Shown: positions 19,417 through 29,928 of the stretch, piece by piece
Numbering within the stretch: position 1 is the stretch's first letter
Layout: every line of letters begins with the position of its first letter
IMG/VR virus record: IMGVR_UViG_3300038696_000205
Coordinates: 1 to 64,000 of that record
From: a virus
Direction: 5' to 3' (one strand)
Length of the DNA stretch: 64,000 nucleotides
The notes under the pieces: model-generated
What the model was told of the DNA's origin: nothing
The model's database searches: none
Seen by the model: only the letters and a program-made list of their open reading frames with translations
Translations under genes and position numbers: made by a program

Positions 19417-19950
19417 TCATTGATTTCTAGTCATTTTGTCTGCGCTTTTCGTGGCTGCCCAAGCTGACGGCTTAACCTTAAAATCATACCCCATACCTAA
19501 AATATAACCAACGGCCTCGTTTAAAGCCTTGCTTGATTCCCATTTTATATCTGGGTTAATGTCAGCGTGGATTTCTAATGGAATATCATATAAATCTAAA
19601 AGAGGTGAAATTTCATATGCGACCTCGATAGATTTTGACACCTCATAAAGCATTCTTTCTTTTACACCAGTCTTATCTTTACTGTAATTATTTTTGTTAT
19701 AGCTGGCCCCGATTACCTTACATCCTCTACCAACGGTAATACCACCACCCAAATCTTCATACGTGGCAATAACGATAACAGTCGCAAACCTATAACCCTT
19801 ACCTTTTCTTTGTGAATCGGTACCGATACAAACTTTAAAACCTCTACCCAAACTTATTTCTTTCTCAAATAATAATTCTAGGTAATCAACCAGGTCCATA
19901 TTAATTGGCCCGTTGTTCATTCTTTTCCACTTTAACTCTAATTTTTCCAT
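19417..19950 (-). CDS. RNase H-like YkuK (DUF458) family protein
   Basis: VCIGTDSQ, ERMLYEV.KSIEVA, LEIHADIN, VKP.AWAATK.AD motifs. Confidence 0.85.
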   Translation of the reverse strand: MEKLELKWKRMNNGPINMDLVDYLELLFEKEISLGRGFKVCIGTDSQRKGKGYRFATVIVIATYEDLGGGITVGRGCKVIGASYNKNNYSKDKTGVKERMLYEVSKSIEVAYEISPLLDLYDIPLEIHADINPDIKWESSKALNEAVGYILGMGYDFKVKPSAWAATKSADKMTRNQ

Positions 19951-19971
19951 AACACTATTTTTAATAATCTA

Positions 19972-21396
19972 TTACATCTTAACGGATGGTAATAAATCCC
20001 TTATTTTTTTATAATTTTTAGCTCCTATATCTTTTTCACTTACCGCTATTCTAACCAATGAGCCACCGTTCGTACTATCCAAATATTTTATTTCATCTGG
20101 TATTTCACTCAGTGGGTTCCCCAATAGGTTAATAAATACTAAATTTTTTAAGTTACCGATTTCTTTTGGTAACGCAATAATCTTATTATTGGGTAAAGCC
20201 AACGATTCCAAATGTTTTAGTTTACCAATACTTGGGTGTAAATCATGTAATTTAGAATCACATATAATCAACTGCCTAAGCTCGGTAAATTTAGTCATAT
20301 TGGCTAATTTAGGTATTTCCCTATTTATTAATTTAATGACTGGGGTAACGTCCAACATTAAATCAAATAAAGCCTGTGTCCAACCAAATTTAATGAGATA
20401 ATCCAAATAAACGTTATTATCTATCTTGAATTTCTCCTTGGCCATGGTGGTTAATTCACTATTAAAAAAATTAGCCACACCCTCACTCTGTGAAATCACA
20501 TTTAAATAAAAATCGGCAGTGTTGCTTTGATTTTTATTCTTAACCTGTTTTGTTTCAAAATGTATCTGATAAATCATTTCATTATCCAATACATTGGTCC
20601 CACCCTTGAAAAAGTCATTATTGATTACAATATAAATCTTAGACTTCTTACCGTCTGGTCTTAAATTATTCTTAGTATAAGAATTAAACATAGTATTACC
20701 AGCTTTAGCCGTGCACCAACTCGCAAATTTATCAAAAATAACACTGGCCTCGGTTGTCTTAGGAATGAATACCGTAAATTTTCTATCCCTAACTGGAATT
20801 TCGGCCTGACCCATCTCAACAAATTTATTCAACGTCTTTTCAATTTCAGATGCATCCCTTTCTATAAAGGGGTCAACCGCATCATATAATTGACTAAGTG
20901 ACGAGTATTGATTTATATTAGTGGGGTCCGAAACATTCAACAACACATAACTTAACTTACAATACTCCTTAAATTTATTTTTCCTTTTATTACCTTCAAA
21001 TATTTGCAAGTATTCCTCGGCCTGTGGTAAATCCTCATCAACGAACCTTATCGCTTCTTCCAAATTACCATCCTTAATCAGGTTAGAGAAAATGTTCAAC
21101 ATCCACTGCGTATTTGTTTTATTCTTAGTCGGGTCGGAGTGAACCATAGAATCGAATACCTCACGGGATATGAATATCTTATTGGTTTTCTTGATTAAAT
21201 CCTCACCAGACCTATTAACCTTAACCGTAGACATGGTAAACACATAGGCCATAACGGACCTACCCTCAATAACACCCACATCTTGATACCCAGATTCCAT
21301 CATTTCACTATGTAGCTCATCAACTAATTTTTCATTAGTTATGTCACACACATTGAACTTGTTAATTAAAAATTCTAATCTACTTTTATTTTCCAT
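19972..21396 (-). CDS. protein with C-terminal leucine-rich repeats
   Basis: LHPSIGKLKHLESLALPNNKIIALPKEIGNLKNLVFINLLGNPLSEIP; N-part has DPT.NK..QW and WCT motifs. Confidence 0.8.
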   Translation of the reverse strand: MENKSRLEFLINKFNVCDITNEKLVDELHSEMMESGYQDVGVIEGRSVMAYVFTMSTVKVNRSGEDLIKKTNKIFISREVFDSMVHSDPTKNKTNTQWMLNIFSNLIKDGNLEEAIRFVDEDLPQAEEYLQIFEGNKRKNKFKEYCKLSYVLLNVSDPTNINQYSSLSQLYDAVDPFIERDASEIEKTLNKFVEMGQAEIPVRDRKFTVFIPKTTEASVIFDKFASWCTAKAGNTMFNSYTKNNLRPDGKKSKIYIVINNDFFKGGTNVLDNEMIYQIHFETKQVKNKNQSNTADFYLNVISQSEGVANFFNSELTTMAKEKFKIDNNVYLDYLIKFGWTQALFDLMLDVTPVIKLINREIPKLANMTKFTELRQLIICDSKLHDLHPSIGKLKHLESLALPNNKIIALPKEIGNLKNLVFINLLGNPLSEIPDEIKYLDSTNGGSLVRIAVSEKDIGAKNYKKIRDLLPSVKM

Positions 21397-21496
21397 CGTT
21401 AATAATTTAATCTATATTGTACAAAAATACGAATAAAAAAGCGAACTTACAAGTCTTATACAAAAAAAGTGCGGCAATTGCCACACTTTTTATTAT

Positions 21497-21832
21497 TTAA
21501 TAGAACTGATTATAATAATCATCCTCGATATAAACCTCTATTCTATTTTTTAAAAACCATGATAATTTCGAAAAATTACCTTCCCTATTTATCACATCCA
21601 ACATAATATGATTTGGACACTCACCGTCAGTGATTCTATATTTCACCTCATCAAAAACCGTTCGCAATCCCAATGTTATTAATTCTTCCATAATTAAATT
21701 ATAGGTCTCCCATCTGTCGCCCTTATCTTCGTCTAATTCTCTAAGGGTTTTGTTGATGAAACTGTTATAGTCCTTATCTAATTTAGAGTAGGTCCCAGAC
21801 CCACCCTTAATTTTGAAATCTAAGTTTTCCAT
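21497..21832 (-). CDS. hypothetical protein, paralogue of 21912..22232
   Basis: W.TYN..M.EL..Y..TD...PN shared with neighbour. Confidence 0.75.
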   Translation of the reverse strand: MENLDFKIKGGSGTYSKLDKDYNSFINKTLRELDEDKGDRWETYNLIMEELITLGLRTVFDEVKYRITDGECPNHIMLDVINREGNFSKLSWFLKNRIEVYIEDDYYNQFY

Positions 21833-21911
21833 CAGTAGTAAATTTCATTAATGTTATTAATTATAAATATTAAATAACCGACCTAACTACAATAAAATAT
21901 GTTATTTTTTA

Positions 21912-22232
21912 TTAAAAATTCATTATCTTATAATATAACCTATCTAATTCCGTTGTTTTAACACCCAAATCCTTTATTATTCCCAAACATACCTCGTTCG
22001 GTCTTGAATCATCCGTTAATTCATACTGTAACTGCCTGACCCTCAACATATCCTTAAGGTTATGTTTCAACTCTATCATAACTTGATTGTAGGTAACCCA
22101 CTCTTCTCTATTCCTAGTGTCGCCAGTTAATAACGTCTCGGTCAACCTGGCTTCGTATTGTATTTCCAATCCAGTTTTAAACTCACCGTAAACTTCGGAT
22201 AATGCAATTTTAATTTTATCTTTGAGTTCCAT
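21912..22232 (-). CDS. hypothetical protein, paralogue of 21497..21832
   Basis: EEWVTYNQVMIEL..QYELTDDSRPN. Confidence 0.75.
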   Translation of the reverse strand: MELKDKIKIALSEVYGEFKTGLEIQYEARLTETLLTGDTRNREEWVTYNQVMIELKHNLKDMLRVRQLQYELTDDSRPNEVCLGIIKDLGVKTTELDRLYYKIMNF

Positions 22233-22241
22233 AAGCCGAAC

Positions 22242-22583
22242 TTATTTACTTAATTCCACGTTTTTAGATAGTTTACCATCCTTAATGGCGTTATTACACC
22301 AATCATCCAGTAATTGCTTCACGAACGTTTCTCCAACACTGAACTTAGATTTAATATAATTGGCCAAATCCTTTGGGGAAATCAAATCACCATCCGCTTT
22401 TATCTCAAACACCTTTCTAGTTTTATATTCATTACCATCACGATAATTCTCGATGGCTTTTTTATAGTTCATTTCTAGGTGGTCAATGATTTCACTAACC
22501 ATATTATTATAGTTGTTATCTTCATTGATAAATTTATTCAACTTATTGTATTGTCTTTCGGATATGATTAATTTCTTCTTCAT
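22242..22583 (-). CDS. hypothetical protein
   Basis: MKKKLIISERQY start typical of large-phage proteins; TATTTAT motif just upstream. Confidence 0.75.
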   Translation of the reverse strand: MKKKLIISERQYNKLNKFINEDNNYNNMVSEIIDHLEMNYKKAIENYRDGNEYKTRKVFEIKADGDLISPKDLANYIKSKFSVGETFVKQLLDDWCNNAIKDGKLSKNVELSK

Positions 22584-22599
22584 ACTAATAAATACTTTT

Positions 22600-22911
22600 T
22601 TATTTTAAATTATTGGTAAATTCCTCTAATTTTACTTGTGGTACGACCCCTGGTACTTTAGTAATCAACCTACCGTTCTGTAATAGTACGGTCATCGGTA
22701 TACCCCTTACCCCATATGTGGTAGCCAGTTCACTATTCGCATCAACATTAATTTTAGCAACACCGATGTCTGGATTATCCTCCGCAAATTTACTAATTAT
22801 GGGCGAATACATCCTACATGGACCACACCAATTAGCATAAAAATCCAATACTGTTATATTACCCTTACTTAATACTTCTTCTAAATTATTATCATTTACT
22901 TCTAAAACCAT
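22600..22911 (-). CDS. trxA: thioredoxin
   Basis: LDFYANWCGPC active site, KINVD, YGVRGIP. Confidence 0.95.
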   Translation of the reverse strand: MVLEVNDNNLEEVLSKGNITVLDFYANWCGPCRMYSPIISKFAEDNPDIGVAKINVDANSELATTYGVRGIPMTVLLQNGRLITKVPGVVPQVKLEEFTNNLK

Positions 22912-22971
22912 TTCTTTATATTTAACTTAATTATTATATTAATAAATATACTAAAACTTATTTAAAACTCA

Positions 22972-23223
22972 ATGAATGAAAGTGAAATAATCAATAGTTA
23001 TATAGAATTAACCATACCCGATGACCACCCAGTTATATATCAATATATTATGGGTGGTATAAGGAGTAAAGAAACTGCCGTTAATAATATTCTATCCGAA
23101 TGTTCACCAATTTTCTCACCACCCTACACCGAAGGTCACGTCAAGACCGTAATACGTAGATTCTTAAATGAAAAATTAAGGCTCTATAACCACACTAAAA
23201 TAAAAATTAAACCAATTTATTAA
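22972..23223 (+). CDS. hypothetical protein
   Basis: 83-aa ORF. Confidence 0.6.
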   Translation: MNESEIINSYIELTIPDDHPVIYQYIMGGIRSKETAVNNILSECSPIFSPPYTEGHVKTVIRRFLNEKLRLYNHTKIKIKPIY

Positions 23224-23278
23224 AAAATATTCGCATGTTCCATATTTTTTTTATATATTTGTATAAATTATATGAGAT

Positions 23279-23434
23279 ATGGGTAAAAAATTAAAGAATA
23301 TTAATACTGAGGACGTAGTTGCAATCATTGTGATTATTATAAGTGGTATTATTTGTATTAATAACCCAGAAATAATGGGTTGGGTTACGATTGCAACCAT
23401 CGGATGTATTTTATTAATAAAAACTTTATGGTAA
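23279..23434 (+). CDS. small membrane protein (51 aa)
   Basis: Manual translation with two hydrophobic stretches; TATATTTG box upstream; TAATG overlap with next gene. Confidence 0.65.
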   Translation: MGKKLKNINTEDVVAIIVIIISGIICINNPEIMGWVTIATIGCILLIKTLW

Positions 23435-24708
23435 TGGTTAAAGAAGAAGAAAAAGATAAGGGAGTTTTAATTCATTGTATCGAAAACCCGAATATAGAAA
23501 AACTGGTGAAAATTTATAAAAAAGATAAATTTTCAGCTAGGGTAATTTTTATGAACGGTGATGGTTCCCAAGACTATAGACACGAGACCACGTATTTATT
23601 CGGTGATATCGAGGGGGATTTTCAGATTGTAAAATATGAGAAACGTTTTGGAATCAGCAAGAGCAGTAAGATGTATTCAAGCCAAAAAAAATCTGTTACC
23701 ATAACGTGTGTAAAGAATAAAATATATAGGATAACCCATGGGAAACACAAGCAGATTTCCAACGTAACCTATAATAATATTTTAGCTAAATTCACCCACG
23801 ATGAAGCGGCTGTAGTTATAGACAAACTAATGTCTAGGTTTGGTTGGATTCGTTTTATGAGGGAAAAAAATATCATGCACGATGTTTCCTTTAATACCAT
23901 AATATCTAAAAAATTATTTTCATTTAAAAAAGCGTTACAATATGTATATAAAACAACAATTCCAGTTGCCGAAATATTACATAACCGAAGAAATAATGGA
24001 CGGGTTAAAAACCTTAAATATTATTTAGAGTGGATGTCCAATATAGAGAATCTTAAATCGGAATGGGTCGATGATTACCATATACAAGGTATTTTTTTCG
24101 ATACGGTTAAAATGGCAAAAACGCTAGACCGAAAGATTAATTGTTCGTGGTCCAATAAAAGACTTAAAACCGAACATGATAATTGGTCAAAGGAAATTAC
24201 TGATATTGTTTTCGACAATGACAATAGACCCCTTAAAATTAAACAAATATACTTAGATTTCGAGAGTTTCACCAAAATTTATCTAATTAAGGATACCAGA
24301 GGTTTAGCAATAGAGGGTAGAGAAAAAAAACATTGTGTCGCAACATATGCATCAAATGTAGATTCTGGTGTGTCTGGAATATTTAAATTTGGCGAATACA
24401 CGGTTGAATTACAAGCTCAGACCTATAATCCAAACGAAATTTTGGCAAATGACCCATCAAGTATTAGAGCATTTGCAAGAAGAGTGATTATAAAGCAAGT
24501 AAGGGGGTTTGGTAACAGGAATCCATTGTATGAAGAATTAGATAAACTTCAAGGTTTAGTTAATTCATTTAATTCAGCTTATTTAACTAATCAAGATAAC
24601 ATTACACACAATAAAATATATGATACGTCAATGACAATTCCAGTTTCTGAGATAATTGAATTACAGCGAAATGTGGAATTTGAAAGGTGGGGAAATGAAC
24701 CATTTTAA
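23434..24708 (+). CDS. PcfJ-like domain protein
   Basis: L..EHD.W, LAIEGREKKHCVATY, IKQVRGFGN motifs; start set at coupled ATG 23434. Confidence 0.75.
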   Translation: MVKEEEKDKGVLIHCIENPNIEKLVKIYKKDKFSARVIFMNGDGSQDYRHETTYLFGDIEGDFQIVKYEKRFGISKSSKMYSSQKKSVTITCVKNKIYRITHGKHKQISNVTYNNILAKFTHDEAAVVIDKLMSRFGWIRFMREKNIMHDVSFNTIISKKLFSFKKALQYVYKTTIPVAEILHNRRNNGRVKNLKYYLEWMSNIENLKSEWVDDYHIQGIFFDTVKMAKTLDRKINCSWSNKRLKTEHDNWSKEITDIVFDNDNRPLKIKQIYLDFESFTKIYLIKDTRGLAIEGREKKHCVATYASNVDSGVSGIFKFGEYTVELQAQTYNPNEILANDPSSIRAFARRVIIKQVRGFGNRNPLYEELDKLQGLVNSFNSAYLTNQDNITHNKIYDTSMTIPVSEIIELQRNVEFERWGNEPF

Positions 24709-24717
24709 AAATATAAT

Positions 24718-25113
24718 ATGATAGAGATACCAAAAAAAGGAATATGTGTAGATGCTGGAACCGAAGGTAACCCAGGTAATTGTTTTTATAGGGGCCTAAT
24801 CCTAGAAACTGGTGAGATAATATTCGAGGAAACCTTGGGTATGGGTACCAATAATATAGGTGAGTTCCTGGCCCTGGTACACGCAATACACTACTGTAGA
24901 AAAAATAATATATCACCAGATATATATTCGGATAGTAAAACGGCAATGGCCTGGGTCAGAAATAAATCCACCAACACATCATTTAAGGGTGAGATAAACG
25001 CCAGACTTAGTAAAGCGGTCGAATATCTCAACTCTAAACCCGTAAACCTTAATATATTGAAATGGGATACCAAAAACTGGGGAGAAATACCAGCGGACTT
25101 CGGTAGAAAATAA
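24718..25113 (+). CDS. rnhA: ribonuclease HI (short Bacteroidota/B. halodurans type)
   Basis: ICVDAG..GNPG..YRG, TNNIGEFLALVHA, IYSDSKTAMAWV, KWDT..WGEIPADFGRK. Confidence 0.9.
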   Translation: MIEIPKKGICVDAGTEGNPGNCFYRGLILETGEIIFEETLGMGTNNIGEFLALVHAIHYCRKNNISPDIYSDSKTAMAWVRNKSTNTSFKGEINARLSKAVEYLNSKPVNLNILKWDTKNWGEIPADFGRK

Positions 25114-25494
25114 TTACTTATTGTTGGTGTAGATTTCAGGGTTCTGTTTACCGAATACCCTCATAATCTCACCAGCTTTAGCGTTGGCCTCGTTCTCAAT
25201 TACCGAACCATCGGCACCCTCATCTGGGTTCCCGACCAAATCACCCCTTTCATTTTGATGGTGGTGCACCATTTCGTGGGCCAAAGAGCGCATTACATCC
25301 ATTATCGCCCTATCTTTAATATAAACACACGTAAACTTATTTTCTATATCATAGTAGGCGGTTGTGACAACATCACCCCTCTCAGTGGTCAGCTTTATCT
25401 TTAATGGTGTCGTAATTTCCAAATAGCTTTTAACGAAATCGATGAATTTCCCCATTAATTCCTTATTGCTCATTCTAGGTGCGGTATTTAACAT
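25114..25494 (-). CDS. putative zinc metallopeptidase-like protein
   Basis: RSLAHEMVHHHQ..ENEANA (HExxH plus downstream Glu); start set at ATG 25494. Confidence 0.65.
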   Translation of the reverse strand: MLNTAPRMSNKELMGKFIDFVKSYLEITTPLKIKLTTERGDVVTTAYYDIENKFTCVYIKDRAIMDVMRSLAHEMVHHHQNERGDLVGNPDEGADGSVIENEANAKAGEIMRVFGKQNPEIYTNNK

Positions 25495-25498
25495 AGTT

Positions 25499-26185
25499 TT
25501 ATTTATTTCTTCTAGCCAAAGCCTTTTCCCTTCTAGCCAAAGCATCGGCCTGTCGTTTCTCAACGGCAGATTTCAACTCGTCACTAGCGGTTATTTTTTT
25601 ATTGGAAGCTCTTTCTTTCTCCTTGGCCAATTTATCGTACATGTACTTCTTATTGTCGGGCGTTAATTCCTTTGAAATTTCAGCACCCTTATTATCGGCA
25701 GTATATGGATTTTCCCCAGACATATTCTTTTTTAAAAATTCTAAAATATCATCCTTGAAAAATACCAATACCTTAACCACAGCATCCGACATGGGCGATG
25801 CGCCAACTGGTGAACACGTCTTATCCGATTGGTCCTTATGCTGTATGTTGGTACATGATTTAACAAAAAATGAACGCTTATTATAATTAGGGTCGTTAAA
25901 CGTACCTGGCTCCCTATTGGTTCCACCACTGGTCTGCTTACCAACAAGTTCACCGTTCGGAAACAAATCTACCTGATAAACACCGTCACCATAATAAACA
26001 CTACCATAACCCTCTGGATTATTCTTGAACATCGTCATAGCATTTACTACCCTGACCAAAACTCTATTGTAATCGGACTGGGTGGTCACTTTACCAACGT
26101 TGTTACCTCTACTATTAATAGGTGTGTGCGTAGCCAACCTACCTTCCAGTATTGTTTTCAACTTATTTTTTATATATCCTTTCAT
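25499..26185 (-). CDS. hypothetical protein
   Basis: 228-aa ORF, TATTTAT motif upstream. Confidence 0.75.
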   Translation of the reverse strand: MKGYIKNKLKTILEGRLATHTPINSRGNNVGKVTTQSDYNRVLVRVVNAMTMFKNNPEGYGSVYYGDGVYQVDLFPNGELVGKQTSGGTNREPGTFNDPNYNKRSFFVKSCTNIQHKDQSDKTCSPVGASPMSDAVVKVLVFFKDDILEFLKKNMSGENPYTADNKGAEISKELTPDNKKYMYDKLAKEKERASNKKITASDELKSAVEKRQADALARREKALARRNK

Positions 26186-26258
26186 ATCAATTAATAAATA
26201 CTTGATTTTTTAAATAAAATACACTATATTTGTCAGTATAATATATAAATATAACGAA

Positions 26259-26624
26259 ATGGCAACGAAGTTAGAAAAGGACGTTACAAGAGAATCCACA
26301 TCCAAAGCCGATGATAAGGAAATCATGATAACAATCACCGCTAAACAAACCATTAATCTAAAACTTAAGGGTATGAGAAGTGGTAGTGTTGAAGTATCGA
26401 TAGCCGACCTATACGGTCAGTTGACGAATAAACCCACTAACAATGAAGAATCTAACGAGGTAGAGGAAAAGGCGGTACCCAAAAACAAATATCAAAAGGT
26501 AGATAAAAAAAACCCTATGCTATCACTCATAGATTTAAGGTCACATAATGTAATATCGACCCTGGATATACCTACCATGGCCAAATTCGACCACATAATA
26601 AAAAGCTTAATGGATGCAAATTGA
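26259..26624 (+). CDS. hypothetical protein
   Basis: First gene of + operon; TATATTTG box upstream. Confidence 0.8.
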   Translation: MATKLEKDVTRESTSKADDKEIMITITAKQTINLKLKGMRSGSVEVSIADLYGQLTNKPTNNEESNEVEEKAVPKNKYQKVDKKNPMLSLIDLRSHNVISTLDIPTMAKFDHIIKSLMDAN

Positions 26625-26820
26625 AAATAGGGCGTTCACGCCAGAGGAAAAGAAAGTAATACTAGATGACCTACTAGAAGCTTGGTTAAAGGTGCCCGAA
26701 TTAAGGTTGGGTCAACTACTCGAATGTGCAAAACCAAAAGGTCTTGACGATATATTTTATATCGAGGATAAAACATTAATAAAAAATATACAAAAATTTA
26801 TAAAAGATAATGGAAAATAA
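26614..26820 (+). CDS. conserved small hypothetical protein
   Basis: W.KVPELRLGQLL..DIFYIED motif. Confidence 0.75.
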   Translation: MQIENRAFTPEEKKVILDDLLEAWLKVPELRLGQLLECAKPKGLDDIFYIEDKTLIKNIQKFIKDNGK

Positions 26821-27211
26821 AGTTTTAAACTATAAAATAGACGGCCTCACCAAAGAAGGTGATTGTTGCCCAGAATGTAACGAAAACTGGGATGGTGGAG
26901 ACATCTTGGAACACTTTAAAAATGTTAGGTCCAATCCAGAAATGGTCGCACACCCATTTTATAAGGATAAATCAGACGAAGAGTTACTTGAAGTCGTAGC
27001 CTCTTACGGTTGGTTTGAACATACACCCATTCGTTTCGGTAAACTAATAGGTATGGAACTGGGTTATAATGACCCAGAACGTTATGATGGTGTATCGTAT
27101 TGGTGTTGCCCAGGTTGTGGTGTCTCGTGGAACAGGTTCAACGGGGAAAGAAGTGAACGTTTTATTAAAACAATGACACACGGAGAAAATATAACACAAA
27201 ATGAAATATAA
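26810..27211 (+). CDS. hypothetical zinc-ribbon protein
   Basis: CPEC..YDGVSYW.CP.C. Confidence 0.75.
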   Translation: MENKVLNYKIDGLTKEGDCCPECNENWDGGDILEHFKNVRSNPEMVAHPFYKDKSDEELLEVVASYGWFEHTPIRFGKLIGMELGYNDPERYDGVSYWCCPGCGVSWNRFNGERSERFIKTMTHGENITQNEI

Positions 27212-27524
27212 AAAGATAAAAGTCAATGACCATATAGCGTTAAACGTATATCCAGTATACGTCAATAGTGTCTATAATGGACACGAACCATTTAAAATAG
27301 TGGGTATCAGGGAAAATCATATTGAACTAGAAGGTGATTTTTCTGGTGGAACACATTTGGTCTGTCAGAAAGATTGGTTTAGATATGATGAAACATTTAT
27401 GGTTAAAACCGTATGTGAAGAAACGCTAAAACCAAATGGCTGTCAAATTCATAACGTATATTGTTGTGGGGGTGGTAGCATAATAACAAAGCACGTTAAA
27501 TATTGGGATTCTATGGAATCTTAA
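27201..27524 (+). CDS. hypothetical protein
   Basis: Overlap-coupled ORF in + operon. Confidence 0.75.
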   Translation: MKYKKIKVNDHIALNVYPVYVNSVYNGHEPFKIVGIRENHIELEGDFSGGTHLVCQKDWFRYDETFMVKTVCEETLKPNGCQIHNVYCCGGGSIITKHVKYWDSMES

Positions 27525-27531
27525 AACACTT

Positions 27532-28008
27532 ATGGGAAATTTAAACTTTAAACTGGACCTGGATAAAATAGGTCTGCAAGGTGAAAAACACGTAACCTTG
27601 GAATTGATAAAAGAAGGTAGTACATTATTAAAAGATAATGATAATAAAGAATACGACCTTAAAATGCTGATGCCGAACGGTTCGGAAGTATTATTCGAGG
27701 TAAAGACCGATGTATTATGTAAACCAGATAACGACACTGGTAATATGTTCATAGAATTTGAATGTAGAGGTGAGGAATCAGGTATTAAGGTCACTAAAGC
27801 TGAACATTTTGTATACTATTTACCATTTTTAAACCAAATGTGGTTCATAAAAGTTAAAGATTTGATATTTATATTAAATAACAACGACTTTAGAACAACA
27901 ACCATGTCGGGTGATAAGGATAGTAACACAAAGGGTTATCTATTAGGCCGTGAATGGTTTAGAAAAGCTTTTAAAGTTAGGGAAACTAACTATGAATGGG
28001 AAATTTAA
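27532..28008 (+). CDS. putative PD-(D/E)xK nuclease-fold protein
   Basis: YDL..FEVKTD..TGNMFIEF..SGI.VTKA..FVYY pattern. Confidence 0.65.
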   Translation: MGNLNFKLDLDKIGLQGEKHVTLELIKEGSTLLKDNDNKEYDLKMLMPNGSEVLFEVKTDVLCKPDNDTGNMFIEFECRGEESGIKVTKAEHFVYYLPFLNQMWFIKVKDLIFILNNNDFRTTTMSGDKDSNTKGYLLGREWFRKAFKVRETNYEWEI

Positions 28009-28071
28009 CAGTATGTTTTACGTTACCTCAACGTTACCTAAAGTGAAACATATTTATAATAAATTTTAGAT

Positions 28072-28677
28072 GTGAAAAAATGTAGAAAATGTGGTATAAA
28101 TAAACCACTTGACGAGTTTAGAAAAGTTAACACTAAACATGGTTATAAATTAGATTGCAAAATATGTTTTAGGGCTAACGATAGAAAAACTAGGTTAGCT
28201 CGAATAATGAAAAATAACCCAGAACACGGTAAAAGGGTTTATGAAATACAAAAAGAACGAGAAGGTAGGGGTAAAAAACCTAGTAATAGTGCTTGGTGTT
28301 ATAATTGTAAGGTTTATAAACATAATAATAATTTTTCAAAATATAACTTAAAAAATAGTGGTCAATGTCGAGAGTGTTCTAATAATAACGACATTCAACG
28401 AAATAGGCGTTTAAAATTAGAAGCAATAGAATATAAGGGTGGTAAGTGTATTAGATGTGGGTTTAATGGACATTATTCTTGTTTTGATTTCCACCATATT
28501 GACCCATATAAAAAAGAATTTATGTGGACCAAAGCAAGAAAGACTACGTTTGATAAAATAAAAGATGAGTTAGATAAATGTGACTTATTGTGTTCTAATT
28601 GTCATAATATAGTACATAGTAAATTAAATAATGACGGTTCTTTAAATGAAGAATATATAATAAGTGTTAAAAAATGA
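28072..28677 (+). CDS. HNH endonuclease
   Basis: KGGKCIRCG..FDFHHIDP..ELDKCDLLCSNCH; N-terminal CxxC zinc motifs. Confidence 0.85.
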   Translation: MKKCRKCGINKPLDEFRKVNTKHGYKLDCKICFRANDRKTRLARIMKNNPEHGKRVYEIQKEREGRGKKPSNSAWCYNCKVYKHNNNFSKYNLKNSGQCRECSNNNDIQRNRRLKLEAIEYKGGKCIRCGFNGHYSCFDFHHIDPYKKEFMWTKARKTTFDKIKDELDKCDLLCSNCHNIVHSKLNNDGSLNEEYIISVKK

Positions 28678-29172
28678 AGAAAATTAAACTAACAATAGAG
28701 CTAATCCCTAAAACTTGCTTCTTCTCGAATGTGAGAACTTTATTACCAAAAAAATACTGGGACCTTCTTAGAAGGTCCTCATACGCAAAAGCTGGATATA
28801 AATGTGAGATATGTGGGGAGTCGGGAAAGAACCAAGGATATAAACACGAAGTTGAATGTCACGAGATATGGGAGTATAATGATAGGTTAAAAATTCAAAA
28901 ACTATTAGGTTTAGTATCTTTATGTCCCTAAGTGCCACCAGGTCAAGCATTTCGGCAGAACAAGTGCAATAGGTTTACAGGCACACGCATTCAAACGAAT
29001 GGAAAGAGTAAATAACTGGACACATAAACAATGTGTCACCCACCTTGCGGAATCAATGATAGAGTGGTCCGAAAGGTCGATATACAAATGGAGATTGGAT
29101 ATAAGCGTACTAAACGAATTGGTCGATATACCAGAAAAATTAATAGCGGAAGCGGTAAAAAAACGAAAATGA
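28674..29172 (+). CDS. HNH-like protein interrupted by a +1 frameshift at CCC-TAA (28926-28931)
   Basis: CEICG..ECHEIWEY..LVSLCP continues in +1 frame as KCHQVKHFG..W..DIS to TGA 29170-72, which overlaps the next ATG. Confidence 0.75.
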
Positions 29173-29342
29173 TAGAATTTATTAAACACGCACTTGGATT
29201 ATGCGGTGAAGGGCACCCATCAATGATATGGCTTATGGCTGGTGGAAGCACCATGCTATATTACCTAAAACATAACATCACATGGTGTTGGAAAAGAGGT
29301 TGTGATATATGCAAGGCCAAAATAAAGAATATTAAAGCTTAA
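29169..29342 (+). CDS. small hypothetical protein
   Basis: ATGA-coupled start; H.LGLCGE.HPS motif. Confidence 0.6.
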   Translation: MIEFIKHALGLCGEGHPSMIWLMAGGSTMLYYLKHNITWCWKRGCDICKAKIKNIKA

Positions 29343-29571
29343 GATTATAATGGTTCTTCAATAAATTGGCGACCTTATCGGATTCCACCGAATAGACCAA
29401 CTCCAATATGTTGAACATTGTACCGATTATGGCAATATTATCCTTAGGAATAAAAAAATTTTTACCCTCGATGCAAATACCACGTTTAAACCTATTGTTC
29501 TCCTTAATTCTACCCAATGGATATGATTCATTTAGGAATTCGGTCATCAATAGGTTAATTTTTTCATCCAT
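29332..29571 (-). CDS. hypothetical protein
   Basis: 79-aa ORF, isolated on - strand. Confidence 0.6.
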   Translation of the reverse strand: MDEKINLLMTEFLNESYPLGRIKENNRFKRGICIEGKNFFIPKDNIAIIGTMFNILELVYSVESDKVANLLKNHYNLKL

Positions 29572-29601
29572 AAAATACCATTTTAATATAAATATCCAGG
29601 A

Positions 29602-29928
29602 ATGAAGAAGTATGAAGATTTAATATACTATACCATATGTGAATCCCTTTATGATGAACAAAAATCATCAAAGGATATTCACCATACGACCACATTTAGA
29701 AACTTATGTAGGGGAATCGCAATAAACATCGAACACGATGTTAAGCTATCTTCCGCACAATATAAGATTCTCACCAACACCATAAGTAAACTATTACTCA
29801 TATATGGTGAGGATACGGATACCATTGGCACCTTTATTAAAATTTTCTTTATTGAAAAAAAATGGGAACTATATGAGAAGACCGTAATACTACTTAAGAA
29901 CAATTTAATCTTCGAATATCAAATATAA
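29602..29928 (+). CDS. hypothetical protein
   Basis: 108-aa ORF. Confidence 0.6.
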   Translation: MKKYEDLIYYTICESLYDEQKSSKDIHHTTTFRNLCRGIAINIEHDVKLSSAQYKILTNTISKLLLIYGEDTDTIGTFIKIFFIEKKWELYEKTVILLKNNLIFEYQI

